64,000 bases of DNA, taken from contig NW_027191417.1 in NCBI RefSeq assembly GCF_041146345.1, positions 1,426,001-1,490,000 of the forward strand, written 5' to 3'. Positions 48,201 through 62,309 of the stretch are shown one piece after another. Below the pieces are notes generated by a model. That model was not told where the DNA came from. It saw only the letters and a list, made by a program, of their open reading frames with translations, and searched no databases. A program made the position numbers and the translations under genes. Source of the DNA: Neodothiora populina. Lineage: Eukaryota. Position 1 is the stretch's first letter. The number at the start of each line of letters is the position of its first letter.

Positions 48201-50958
48201 CGCTCTTTGACTCGTGAGACGAAATACGGATGGCAGCTTGTAGCCGTACCCACTTGCATAGGTCAGAGTACGATCGATCTGCACATTATTGGCATACCAC
48301 TGATCGCTCTAAACGATCACAGCCTAGAAGCGGGGCTTTTGTACTATATTCGCTCTACTTTACAGCAGCATAGCCGCGCCTTGACTTTCTCCTGAAAAGG
48401 TCCACAAGGTCGATCCACAAAAGCCAATGTTCGCTCGCTTGGACCCAATCTTCTCTATGATGCCGACTTTTTATTCGAAGATGCACAAGCACTTGTCATG
48501 ATTTGCACTTCCAGTATATCTCCTGCGTCAAGGACTTCACTGTATGCAAAGTCATTGCCTAGCTTATCTGTGGCGTGTAAAGCTGCACAAAACTCAGACC
48601 TCCGCACATCTTGCCAGTATCATACTGTGATAGGCCGATACAACATCAGATGCGAATTACTGGCGCCATTCCTGCGACTAGCACTCAATGCCCCTCACGG
48701 CTTTTGCGCCGCAATGGAGCGGCATTATCTCTTGCTCGTCTGTCTGTTACTGGCGCTGTCGGATGTAAACAGTGCTCGACACAAGTATCTGCACTTACAG
48801 TCCAGATGCTCTAAAAGTCACCTCCACATCCAGTAAGTCCGGAAGTGCTGGAGGTCAAAGTTACCGAGCTCCTTTCATTGGGCCAAAGCTCAACTGTCGT
48901 CCTCCACTCGAAATGAACACTACTTGTACGTGCAAAGATCATCGACATAGTAGTCCCTGAGAATTACGACAACGAGAAGCTAGCACCACTACACGTGATT
49001 TTCAACCAGATGATGGCGTGCGTACTACACACAAAACGAAATCAGACCCTGAATTGTTATGGTTCGGTCTTATCAAAGCCAATCATGATCATGCAAGCAG
49101 TAGGATGGAGCAGATGACCCATGTTTCGCCATCGAAAGAGAAACTCCATCCAGCAAGACCCCACTGCCCCTCCATGTCTGTCACAGCCCGTCGTCTCTCG
49201 AAGGCTGTTCGTATCGTATCACTTTTGCTAGCCTGTCTCTTGTCTCACAAGGTGGGGATTATTTTCTTAATAACCTTAGCACCTTGGCTGAGCCTCACGG
49301 TGTCGAGCCATGGAGGTTTAGTTCAAGATGAACAACAACAAGCAGTCTGAGACAGACAGCACGCCAGAAGCTTGAGTTAATTATCATAGTCTACCTCCTC
49401 AGCTATCCATTGCTGTAGGGAGTCAATGCATCCATCCGATCGCCAGCATGTCTCAATGCCTTGGTTGAGAGGTCTATCCGCGCACGTCATTCCATTATAT
49501 TGTGATGGTAGGTTCTTCCACCTTCTGACTTGGCGAAGAGATGGCCTAGATGGTATGGATACCTGAGGCGCTAGAGTCTCTGGAAAGCTGGTCCGATTGA
49601 GAAATGTGGAACCGAGGTGGTATACCTTCCCATGATTTCACCACGCATATGTTGCCCCAGACGACATATCAACTTATGAGGAGACTGCGATCATCGACAC
49701 GTATAGCGACCATTCCCGTGGTAGTTCTACGATGATACAGGGGGTCGATGCTATACGATGTTGCAGTCTCCGATTCAAACCACACCATTGATCGCTCTAC
49801 AGACTCCTATTCGCTGACTTGCAGGTGATTCGAAAGACTGAAGCCTGTATATTCAATTCATCTGACCGACCACTTGCTTGACCGTCTCTTGGACGCCATG
49901 GTTGAGTCTAGATGGCATGCATCCCGCAAGGGAGGCACTCAGCTATGCTCTACGCTATACCATCTGTCCTGGACCAGCTTCGGTATTTCTCTCCTGACGG
50001 ACGGATATTTTCGGACGTTCAAATACCGACAGACCCGGAGGCTGTGATTGATCGAAATGGTGTCGCAAATGTAGATGGTTCACACTTCCACTGAGGTATG
50101 ACACTTGCTTTTTTCTTTGCTTTTTTCTACCAGGCAAAACACGTGACAATCCACTGTCTTCTTGCTTTCTGGTCATGCCATCCATACTACTCGATTTCAC
50201 CAAAGTAGTACATTAAAGAAGGTAGCGTGGAATGTTCACTTAACATGGCTCCACTGTCCGGTGTGTCTGTCACTACCCTTCATCGCCCTGTAGCTTCTTA
50301 TCCATACCACGGAGGGCGCACGTATGGAGTTGGTAACCGCTATCGCATATGCTGAGTGGGCATACGATGATCATGCTTTGAGTACGAGACAAGAGTGATC
50401 TAAGTGGAAAGCAGATTAACACTAAGGGAAATTCCACGACCGAATCCTACAGGAACACTCAGTTGTGGCGTATAGGTACTGTATGAAATATGAACGAGCC
50501 CTATATGAATGCTCATAGAGCTGTACGAATACTGGAAGAGATCTATGTTGGTACCAAATGCATGTTGTATAGAAGCTGTGTGAACTTTAGCTGAAAACCA
50601 CATGATACGCGGTGGATGTGACCTGCATATCAAGTGAGGGTTCAGCAAAATTCAACAGATTGTTGAGCAGGGGTATAGTGAAAGTGAAGTGAGAAAGGAA
50701 TGAAATTCAAGTAGGCTCCTTGTCTCTTGTAATTGATATCGATGTGTAGAAACACATGATGATTTTAATTCACTGCGTGAATCAATGATAAAGGGACCTC
50801 TAGGTAACATACGCCATCTTCTACAAATCAAAAAACACCCATACCTATACCATACCCATACCCGACCCACACCACATGATATCACCACCTGCTACCATTC
50901 CTGATAACAACAAGGAGCACGTATCGGTATCCTCGAACCTCGGCCAGTCGTGTTGATT

Positions 50959-51567
50959 CTATGGCCTTGCTTGGTTATAATCGAAAATGCCATGTGTAGG
51001 CGGATCTCGCTCCCGCTGCGCGATTTCGACAGCTCCAGCACCTATAAGATTCCTCCTCACAAGATCGTTCAAGAAGTCCATAGTCCATTCTTGGCATCGT
51101 TTGGTGTTTATCTGATACTTGTCAATCACTTATAGCATGAGCATCCTCTTTGCTCGAAAATTTACTTACACCATCCACAGGTGCCCTGATATTCTGCCCC
51201 TTTGGCGGAGGAGGAATTGTCGCAGCCTGGCGCTCCAAAGTACCTCTGGCGATATCTCCTCTGACAAAGGCTTTCGAGGTTGGTTCGTGGATGTTGACCA
51301 CATCAACATCACCAAGCAGAACCAAGGACCTCAAATCCTGCGAAGGAGAGCAATCATAATTCCTCTTAATCTCGAGCCTATATCCTGCCATTACTGGTCT
51401 CCAACGACATGGATGATGGTTCCCAAGGATGGTCCAGTCCTGAAATCTTGGCTGAGAGTGTGTCTGTCACAATTGGCGTTGGGGATCAAGATGGCAAAAT
51501 GGGCGCGTTGAGGCCTGGCTCCGCCAAGTCCGCCATATCTAGCTAGATAAAAAGAACGACGTGCCAT
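50959..51567 (-). pseudogene. Frameshifted gene for a small His/Cys permuted-papain-like protein (tentatively DUF6540-like)
   Basis: MARRSFY..AHFAILIP..GTIIHVVG, then a 1-nt frameshift near 51398 (GGA GA CCA GTA ATG GCA), MAGYRLEIKRNY..APVDG, intron 51169-51112, INTKRCQEW..ARP*. Family name recalled from motif resemblance, not searched. Confidence 0.7.
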
Positions 51568-52447
51568 GATGGAGATCGAGATTTGTAATGTATATATGGA
51601 AGTATATGGCAGTATATTTGGTCGGTATCGAGGAATAGGCTGCTTAATTGATGCTTGTATGGGCACAGGTAGAGCCCGGAGGGAGGCCGAGTCTTATATA
51701 GACAAAGAGGTAGCCGCTTTCCTCGACGGGATGCAACGATGTCTTCGTCTGACCCATTGCTATTTTTAATGGACGAGTGATTTCTCAATACATGCGGCGT
51801 ATCGAGCACACGCGACAGAAGACATGAACCAATGGCAGACATTCCATATCTCATCGTTTGGCGCTCGATGAACGACATGTCGGCGCATGAGCTACTTGAG
51901 TTGTACTCGGCGTTAAGACCAAGATAGAACCCATCCGCCTATAGACGAGTACTCAATCTGGTTTAACGAGGGCATTGTATGATTTAGATATCCATGACAG
52001 CTAAAGTATTTCCAAGTGCTGGTTCGATTAAGGCATACAAGATGCAAATGTCCTACAAGCTTATAACTTATCAGACTAATGTTCATTAGGTAATTTGAAT
52101 GACAAGTGATAAGAAGTAAAACAGCACTGTGGTCTTTGACAGTCATGCATGAGGTCACTCCAGTAGATCTATAATATAGACAAGGGAACGATATTGCAGA
52201 ATATTGCAGTGTTCAATGTGCCATGTGGTAGGAAGTCGTTCGACAGCCTCATTCAGGCGCAAACTGGGGCTTAGCTTGGCGGCTTAGCACCTTCCCCTGT
52301 CACAGTATGCGCGCGTGTACCTGATGTATACACAAGCGAGCGATGATCAAAGGCCAATGGGTACCTTAACCATGAGTCTTATGTGTAAGACCTTCTGAGA
52401 TTTTGCCTGTATCGGCCTCATCCGTCCGCTACCAACCAATATTGACA

Positions 52448-53424
52448 ATGTCGTCGAATGAATCTAGACAGCCGCATTTGGATATCCTTACACTACCCGA
52501 CATCTCGAAATCGGACATGGACCTTGTTGACTCCTCGTTCTTTCAGTCGGACGACTCCCCCAAGCGCGAGCTTCCGACTCCTGCCTCTATATTGGAGAAA
52601 GGTGGAGACCAAGGAGTTTCCGTTATTAAAATCCCCGACTTGAATATCGCGGTCAAGATTGATCAAGCGACTTACTTAAGGTTGGAAGAGGCCCAGACGA
52701 TGTGCGCGATGCGACAGATGTTTCCAAATGGCGAGATCCCTGTTCCTGAAGTCTTCGGGTGGAGAAGATACAACGGCCAAGTCTTCATCTACATGAGTCT
52801 GATCCACGGGGAAACATTGCGAGTAGCATGGCCGTCGCTCACCGAAGATAACAAACTATCAATCCAGAGTGACCTCAGACAGATTATCATGAGGTTAAGG
52901 CGGATCACTCAGGATGCACCTCCTGTAATCGGTACTACCACCCACCCTTGCGCTGAAATACAGCTAATTTGGTTATAGCATCTGTCAATCGAGGTACGGT
53001 GCAAGATAGGTTCTTCAAGACTGATTACGAGGCTGGTCCATTCTTCAACATCAAGTCTTTCAACGATTGGGTATTCGCTGCTGCGACTCGTCAGAGGCCT
53101 GGACCAGAGGGTATCTCTGGCCTGGACCTTCCCGAGATGTATCGCAACTTGCTTCCTGATACCGGAAGCGTCTACTTCACTCACGGGGACCTTACGCTGG
53201 GCAATATCATGGTCTCCAAGAAATCTGGCTACCAAACTATCGAGGCCATCATAGACTGGGAGCAAGCAGGTTGGTATCCTGAGTATTGGGAATATGGTAA
53301 GATGTGTTATGGGGTGGAAGTCAGTCACGAGTGGCGAACGGAAGACTGGCCGGACAAAATCGTTGAACCTTTCGAGGATGCGTGGTTTGCGATGGCGGAG
53401 TATTACGTATGGCGTTGTCCTTGA
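52448..53424 (+). CDS. Aminoglycoside phosphotransferase / choline-kinase-like (APH family) protein
   Basis: Exons 52448-52931 and 52979-53424. IAVK, EEAQTM, IPVPEVFGW, Brenner motif HGDLTLGNIMV, IIDWEQAGWYPEYWE. Confidence 0.9.
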
Positions 53425-54982
53425 TAGATAGATTACCCTTCTAGAGTATCGTACCAGTACGATATCAAGAGCAAGAATGGAACAGTAAGACGACTTGGCG
53501 GCACGCTTCTACAAAGCTCGCCGAACATGCTGTCAAACCATCTGAAACTATATTTCAGATCAACACCACAAGTAACGATAAATGAATGCGCTTCAGTAGT
53601 TTGATTTACTGAGACATGTTTCGCATCACGAATGTCAGTCGGTCTCCGATCTCACTACTGGTAGGGTTTTGTAATTGATTGAATCTTAGTACCTCAGCTG
53701 AGCCTCATTGAGTCAAAATATAGTGGGTCGGCACAAGGTGGACATCATACTGTAATTGATTATATTGGCCAACAACGCATCAAAAGCTTGTGTCCAGCAC
53801 TACAACTAGGATCCCCCTCAACTATGCTCTCCTCCTAGGACAGTCAATGCATGCACAGCCAGCATGCCATAGTACCTCGATCGAGAGGCTGTGAGGTCTG
53901 TCTATTCAGGCACGTCACCTCATATATTATTGATCATGCACTTGATATCATAAACGCACTCATGAGCGCACAGTTGTTTCAAACAACACATTTGACATGG
54001 TTCGTGTTGTAAGGGTCACCGGTGAGATCTGCACACAGTCCAGAAATATTGCTTCCAAAAAGCGAACCTCCGCTGGTAGCCTCATAATGTCAGTCTGCTG
54101 TTACACGAGTCCCAAGGCAGACGCGACGGAACACAGCGGGACCGCTGCGAGTGATCTGGCAGTAGATGCAAGGAGTCGCCTTTGAGGGATATGCTGACCT
54201 GCACTTATGACATGGGAGGATTTGACCCCTCTCGTACGATGACTTGCATATTCAGGCTTACCACCCGAGGTTTGGTCCAGGATGTGCCAGGTCTCTTTGT
54301 CATTGTCGAGGAAATTCGACTCTCACGTCTCCTTTCCATGCGCCAGATCGTACTAACTTGGAGACGGCTTGTCAGATGACGAGTTGCAAAACCCTACAAC
54401 ATGATCATGGGCTCGTATCAATCAGGCAGCATGGCTACAGCATTGTGAAGCCGAGGTCTTTGAGACAATGATCACTTAATGCACAACATTCTCACCCTAG
54501 CCTTGAGTCAGCTCATCACTCTTATGTCTCCCTTCAGCTGAGTCGCGGTCATCATAGCACGACTGCTGTGGAGAAAGTAATCCGAGCATCGTGTTTCAGC
54601 TTGCTCGCCGGAGCAAGAACATGAGTTGAGGTTATAGAGTCGTGTTATGCATGAAATTCATAGAGCACGAATAGAAAAAATAGAAGATGGAGGTGTATTT
54701 GGAAGCAAGATGAGAGGCACGTCTTGAATTTGTCCAAACACGTCTACTGGACTATTGCTGGTTATGACAATGGGGCCAAACAGCACTCTCCACACTCTTT
54801 GAACATCTACGGAAGTTGGCATAATGATACAGAGTAGAATCAATGGCGAGATACGCGCAAAAGCTACAGCAGATGTCCTACTAAGCCTACAATCCCAATC
54901 ATTGAGTATAGAGTAAGACGGTAGATATGCCTTGCTATTGGTATAATGCTATATGACCGGCGTTACATGATGGTGGGAGGGC

Positions 54983-54987
54983 AAAAA
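54983..54987 (-). terminator. Pol III oligo-T terminator of tRNA-Asp
   Basis: T5 run on the minus strand 6 nt past the tRNA 3' end. Confidence 0.7.
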
Positions 54988-54993
54988 GTTGAG

Positions 54994-55085
54994 CTCTCTG
55001 TCGGGGAATCGAACCCCGGTCTCCCGCGCTTGTAGTCGACGAATCGAATGACAAGCGGAAATCATGACCACTAGACCAACAAAGA
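54994..55085 (-). tRNA. tRNA-Asp(GTC) with 20-nt intron (55029-55048)
   Basis: Minus strand: acceptor TCTTTGT/ACAGAGA, A box TGGTCTAGTGG, anticodon loop TT-GTC-A, intron after position 37, T arm CGGGGTTCGATTCCCCG, discriminator G. Confidence 0.95.
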
Positions 55086-55497
55086 TGAGCTTATATTGTT
55101 CTGGAGGTTTCTGGAATATATATACGTTGTTCATCACTATTAGCCGGTAGACATGCGCTGCGATGTACACGTCTGGTCGCAATATGTATAGGTTCCCCAA
55201 TATAATTCAATAGACTCGTATTGTCATTCGATCGTTACCGCACAATCAATGGAAATTGGATAATAAGTTGTCAAACAAGGTATTCAACACTAGCCTTGAT
55301 TCACCACCTTCGAGTATATCGACCTTGTTCCAACAGATCCGACATTGCCTGTATCCTTCGAGTACTCACAACACCCGCTGCCGTTGAAACCTTCTATCAC
55401 GGCCCGAAACCTCCTCCTTCGGATTTCTATCTTGGTTTCTGAACTTGCTTGGACGACAAACTGCGCTCAGAGGTTTATCTGAACAATTGTCACAATC

Positions 55498-57339
55498 ATG
55501 TCGTCACGTCACCGACAACGCCCAAATCATAATCAGGACGCGGACGAGGAGCGTCGACTATGGAATGAGATTCGAGCTAACGCGAAGAAGATCGATACTA
55601 TGGTGGTATGTTCATCAATCTGCGTTCACGAGGGATTGAATTGCAGAGTACCCGCGCAAGTCTCGCTCCCTGTCGTACCACATCGATTGTCATATCCGCC
55701 ACGTTCTTGCGCCCCAAGACCATATGGCCCGACGATTAGCTCTAGTTTGTTGAAATGCGAGCACAATAGATAAACCGCTTACATATCACGTAGAACAAGT
55801 CAGCCGAATTGTGCAACGAAATCGTTGAAGTTGAGAAGCAACAAGCTGCTATTGTTGGTATGTATGAAGCCCTCGTACCGCGTCTTTCGGCAAGCCGAGG
55901 TACAATAAAAAGACGGTGATCTTACATGATGGACCATTGAGTCTCAATTCTTGTCCTACTCGACTTGCTGCCATCTCTGGCGATGTCCAATCTCCTTTTT
56001 ATCCCGAGAATGATACTTACGATCCGTCTCCAGAAACCGAGGACCTCGCCTCAGCAGAGCTAGATAGCCGGTTGGAGAGTCTCTATCGTGAAAACCTAAA
56101 ACTGAGTGAAGCAGCCCAGCATATCATCGAGGGCATGTCCTCGGAGATGAATCTACTAGACTCCATCAACATCCTGGCAGGGCTTCGTGACGCGTCAGAG
56201 GAAGCTTCCCGCCATTCTCTCAATCTTTCAAACAGCAAATCACGGAGTACGACACTAAAAAGAAAACTTGGGGTGAGCGAAGATGGCGAAGATGGCAGTG
56301 CTGCGCCGAGTCCGCGGCCTGGTAATGGCAGCAGAGAGAGATTAGGGGTCGAGAAGAAGGAGAAAAGGGGAGGTAGTGTGCCAAGTACGCGAGAGGTGAG
56401 CGTGAAGATTGAAGATGGAGCAGAGAGTGCTACCAGCAGTGTCGAAGGATCTAAACGTAAGTGCATTGTGATCTTTATGCTCTCCCACACATCGGTATTC
56501 TTTCTGAACGTCATACGAGTCTCACATTCACTCATGCCCTCCCTCCTTCACGTCATAATCCTGTCGCTCTGGGAACCTTCGGCCTTTCCCTTCTGCAGTA
56601 GACAGAGCGCCATCGGGACAGATGAGGCACTTCACCACTCGTCATTGCATCCATATCTTATTCTCTCCCTTCTACATACGAAGTGCAGTCAAAGCAGAAA
56701 ACCCGTCTCATAGATCCTCTTTCCCCCTCATCCCCCACAAGAATGTCTCTATACACCCCCGCTTCAGCTCTAGCCCACCGCGGTCTGAAACTGCCCATAA
56801 AACACCCCATCACACACGCACTCATCATAAACCAAACCGAAGACCAAAGACTCACACAAGCCTCATCCCGCACAGCACCTTCCGAACCCTCGCGCCGTCT
56901 GACCCTCGCCCTGGGCGCCATGGTCTTCTACAAGACCAAAACGCGCGCCTCTGAAGGCGAAGGCATCCTCTGCCGCGTGACGTCTGTCATAGGCGAAGGC
57001 AAACAACGCCGCTACGAGATCCAAGACGCCGACCCAGAGCCCGACCCGACCACAGGCGACCTACCGGCCCCTTACCGCGCCTCTGTCGCTCATCTCGTCC
57101 CTATCCCACGAAGTAACGACGGACTCGGCGATCTGCCTAAGGGTCGTGGCGTCCTGGCGCAATACCCGGACACGACGACGTTCTATAAGGCTGAGGTCAG
57201 CGCGCATTGGCGCGCTAAGGACTTGAATGAGAGCAAAGATGGATGCCGTGGGCAGTACGTGAGATTGAGATTCGAGGGCGAACAGGAGGAAGGCATCTGG
57301 CAGGAGGTCGAGAGGAGGTTCGTCCTGGCTGATAAATGA
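55498..57339 (+). CDS. SGF29: SAGA-associated factor 29 (tandem Tudor H3K4me reader)
   Basis: Exons 55498-55605, 55794-55857, 56034-56456, 56876-57339 join in frame. GEGILCRV, RYEIQDADP, VLAQYPDTTTFYKAEV, LRFEGE..VERRFVL match the SGF29 Tudor domains. The last acceptor is less certain. Confidence 0.88.
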
Positions 57340-58396
57340 CTTCCACTGGCGTTTGCGACAGAGTCTGCTGAGGGGTGTGGATTTTGGTAAGACGGTATTG
57401 CGCTAGCGGGTTGGACGGGTCAGGTCGAGATTTGCGTTTGCAAGGGCCTGGATCCTTTGCATTCTGGGCTGAGCCGGAGCCTGGGAGGTTGGCTTTTGGC
57501 CTGCCTCTTCTCTTCAGGGATCTGGCCTGTGCATTGCCGATTCGCCGAGTCGAGCTTTGGGCGAGCATGAGAATGGCTGTCTGTCTTGCGTCACTGGACA
57601 GCGGTCGGTCTGTCCGGTCACATCAAACAAGACAGATAACCAGTGGTTGCGGACGAGTAACATATACAACATTCACCTTGATATACACGCAAGTTTTAGA
57701 AGAGAAAGCCCTAGCCTCCACGATGTAGGCGCGACCTTCTTCATGATAGACTGAGATACGTCCACTTGCCTCGTGAGACCATGTTTTCTATATTATCGAA
57801 GTATTATTATATGAACCAAGTACAAAAAGCCTGGTCCACCATTGTCCTTTCTAGCCACCTAGACAACGCCAGCTTAGCCTTACCTGATGGCTATATCGGG
57901 CTCATCGGGCATGGTTCTCTTTGATAGGTAAGTCAACGACCCGTCGTTACATGCTACCCTCCAGTTTCTCTCCTTTCGTATAATTACAATTTTATCTGGG
58001 GTATAGCGGGAAAAAGAAAAGGGAATAGGCGAATGCCGTGGAGATGAGAACAAGGAAAACCCGCAACGAAAGCGCTTTGGAAGACGAAATTGTCGCAGTG
58101 CCTGCTCGTTGTTTCCTTCGCATCCTCCAAGAAAACAATTGCAGGCATGCCTCAAGAAATTGGACTTCTGGACAGACGCAAGGTGTAGCGATAGAGAAAG
58201 GGTCCCGGGGTATCATAGGAAATGGGACATCTTGTGTCTTCCAGGAAAGCCGTATAATAGTCTAGGCCGATAATCGTAGCGTTGGAGAAGTCGCAGGATT
58301 ACACAGCCATAGCAGATGCCAGATCGTGAAGCTGCAGTTTGCATACTCGGCCGACGACCGGATCTGGCAAAGGGATGTGTTTGTACCCGGGTATGC

Positions 58397-59130
<734 letters not shown>

Positions 59131-60344
59131 TTTGAAGTCTTTGTTGAGCTATCGGCCCACGGTGAATTAAGGTAAAGTTTTGGTGAGAAAGGGCTGATTT
59201 GGTGTTGCTTGAGTGCAGAAAAGAGTATGTCGAAGTCGCGCAGGTCGTTCTTTCCAATCGACTTCTGCGCAAAAAGTGGGCTAGTAGGAAATATGTCAAG
59301 TTTCAAGATGGCCAGAAAATTAAGGGTCAGTCAGGTGTCCAACGGTCGCTGTGCAGACGTTGTGTTTCCTGTTTGTCTTTCTCGTGGCTTGCTTGGGGTG
59401 GGTGTCAGAGAGAGAGCGAGGCTCAACTGCAGCGAAGCTTTAGGATCTCGGAGTCCAGGGGCAGAAAGTATGAAAGTATCAGACTAAAAGGCAATTCTAA
59501 AAACGTGCGTTGATCGTCTCGTGGAGAAAAAAGGCACGCGCTCGGGTTCGTTTGTTCGTTCTACGTTACCGGTCGTGGTGATTGATCGTCACGAATTGCA
59601 CATCAGCTGTTTGGTTGCTGTCAGGGAGCTACGGTATCGTGCGATTGAGAAGAGGCCGTCGGAGGGTTGAGCTCTGAGAGAATAATCAAGACTTTTTAGA
59701 TGATTCAGGAGTGGTCGTCCGTCGTCTCATGCAGCCGCCCGCCTAGCTAGATTGAGGGGCACATATAACTCTGATTAGATTGCTCTGTCCCATCCTGAGC
59801 AGAGCCAATTTCACCAATCTCACGAGGGTTGCTTCATGAATTGGTACCCCTATTGCATGCAGCCAATCCTCTGGCTGAAAAGACCGCGGCCAAGACACTG
59901 CAATCTCCGTTTCAGAGTGAAGCTTTCCGACGCGGGCCAATGCGCCGCTGCATTTGTTTGCCGCAAGGGACCTGAAGTCCCGATAGATGCATCATGACCG
60001 TCATGACAGAGAAAGCGACATTGTCGTCCTGTGTTTCGCGAGGATGTTCATTGTGTTTTAAGCTTCGAGGAGCACCGAGAAGTGAAACTCATATTTTAGT
60101 CGCAATACAAGAGCACAGCCTAAATCACACTCTATAATATACAATATCAATATCTATGCGAGCCCTATCGGCACTTGGAATCTATCTTAGGGAAGTTTGT
60201 ACATACCAACACAGATCTACCAGAAGTTTCGTCCCCACGCCTCACGCAACATCGGAGCGGTGAGTTGCCCATTCTATAGTGACTGCGGACCCGAATCCGA
60301 CGGGCAGTATAGTTGTACAAGTGCATACCGAAACACTTCGATTC

Positions 60345-61392
60345 TCAACCGAGAAATCTCAGGACGCCTTCAAATGCTACCAGCGCCATCGCGTTCGCTG
60401 GAAACGCCCGCAAGAAGCACGGTACAAAGCCCCTCCAGTAGCCTCTCCACCCCTTCTCTTGCCCCACTGCGTATGCTGCGTCCCTCCATCGCTTAAATCT
60501 CCGGTTCGGACCCAAGTCATCTGTCATAATGCGCTGCTTGACCACATCCGAGGGATAGCTCGTGATCCAGAATATTTGTGCGGACAATCCACCTGCCCAG
60601 AAATTCACTGCCGGTGTAGATAGGGAAGTGTATTGATTCAGTCCACGCGTGAATAAATCATAGGAACCCCACCAGAAGAAGAAGAATCCACGGAAAAGAA
60701 GTGTGGCCCCGAGACCATGATATACCCCACGGAGACCATGTTGGCCATATATCTTCTTCAGAGCATCGATCGGTCCGGCATAAAGACGTTTAGATTTGTC
60801 CGCAGCATACTGAATCTGAAGTCGCGCCTTGATGTGTTCGACGGGAGCAGCGATGAACGAGACAGTGGCTCCGGCCATGACGCCTGCCATGGCATGACCC
60901 AGGACTGGCAGCTTGTTCTCAGCAGGTGGCAGACCGTATGCCTCGCTCACTGCACGAGCACGATAGATTGGCTCAAACACATTCTCATGAAGTAGCCGAC
61001 GATATAGCGTCAGACTGCCCAGCATGATACTGTCCATAAACATCCATCCCACCAGTGGTGGTGTTGCACCCTTGTACAATCCTGCTGGTCCCTCTTTTCT
61101 CAGTGTCTGCATCAAACAATCCAGGGGACCTTTGAAGCGGGTTGAATCCGAGGTTTGTAGTCGTACTTTGATCGTGTCAAACGGGTGACCGACTGAGAGG
61201 TTCGTTAGAACATACTCGAGGCCAACGAATAGTGGATGGATATCGCGTACCACTCAATTTAGCAATACCACTGAAGACACCCGCGACGAAGCCCTTGTAG
61301 TTGCCTTTTGATTTGGGCTTTTCATTATTACCGCCTCCATTTTGCTGGCTCATCTGTAGGTCCCGGGACGCAGCATCCGAAGTTGCGGACAT
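60345..61392 (-). CDS. Mitochondrial carrier (SLC25), carnitine/acylcarnitine/YMC-like
   Basis: Exons 61392-61251 and 61192-60345. Three PxDxxKxR repeats (PFDTIKVR, PVEHIKAR, PSDVVKQR) and RAFPANA. Confidence 0.9.
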
Positions 61393-62309
61393 TGGTTCAG
61401 GATATGCTTGCCACTGAATTGCTCCAGCTCAATCATTCCTGGATCCTCAACTTCGATATCTAAACACTCCAAAAGAACGTTTTGACACTGGTGACATACA
61501 CGAAAGTCCGAGCTAGGTTAGAAAACTAAAGGTCAGCATCGGACTTTGCAACGGAGATAGGACATGACGTCGCTGTTTCTGGCTTGAGATATGCACTAAG
61601 GTATCTTAGCATTGGGGAATTATTATTGTTTAGACCTCGATTGTCCACAGCAGTGCTGTATGCTAATGACCGAGCTCTCTTGTCCGACCATAATTGATAT
61701 TGTAAGGAGCGATTATGTTTCAATATTCGAATAGAGGTTTTCCGAATGTTCAGCGAAGAGTCGTTGCTTAGAGTTGCTATTCATTTAAGCCTCATGGGCA
61801 CGTACAGCATGTTGTTGGCGAGACAACAACGAGTTTATAACACATATGTCGATATCCTTGTCGCGAATGATGTTCACTCGCAACTTGCATAATCTCAGAT
61901 CTGCCAAAGCGATGGAGACGCGATTCAACTACAGGTGTCGATGCGTGTACACCCGGAGGAAAGGCTACATCAAAGTAGCTGGAGGAGTATGATAAAGTTG
62001 CTATCTGACGTCAATCCTACCCAGTTATATAAAGTAAATACCATACCTACTATGCTCGAGCATATTTACCTGCCTTTCGCACTAGACTACTTCAATTCGA
62101 TCATCTCGACGCTACCGACGACGTGAACGTGTTTCATTGATATCCAGAGAGCATTTGTCCTCGGACCCATACACCAAGCGCTGGAATTGGCAAGGCCACA
62201 GATTCGCCTGCTTATTCCCGGTCCATGCACTCATGATTTAAGCATTTGGATTATTTCTATAATCAAAAGATCAAACCAACGAACGCAGACAAAATCAGAA
62301 CAGATCATC

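Noticed and set aside
53709..54510. Two TGAGTCA (Gcn4/AP-1-like) sites at 53709 and 54504
   Set aside because: They lie between convergent 3' ends (APH and tRNA), not in an evident promoter; a 7-mer is expected by chance.
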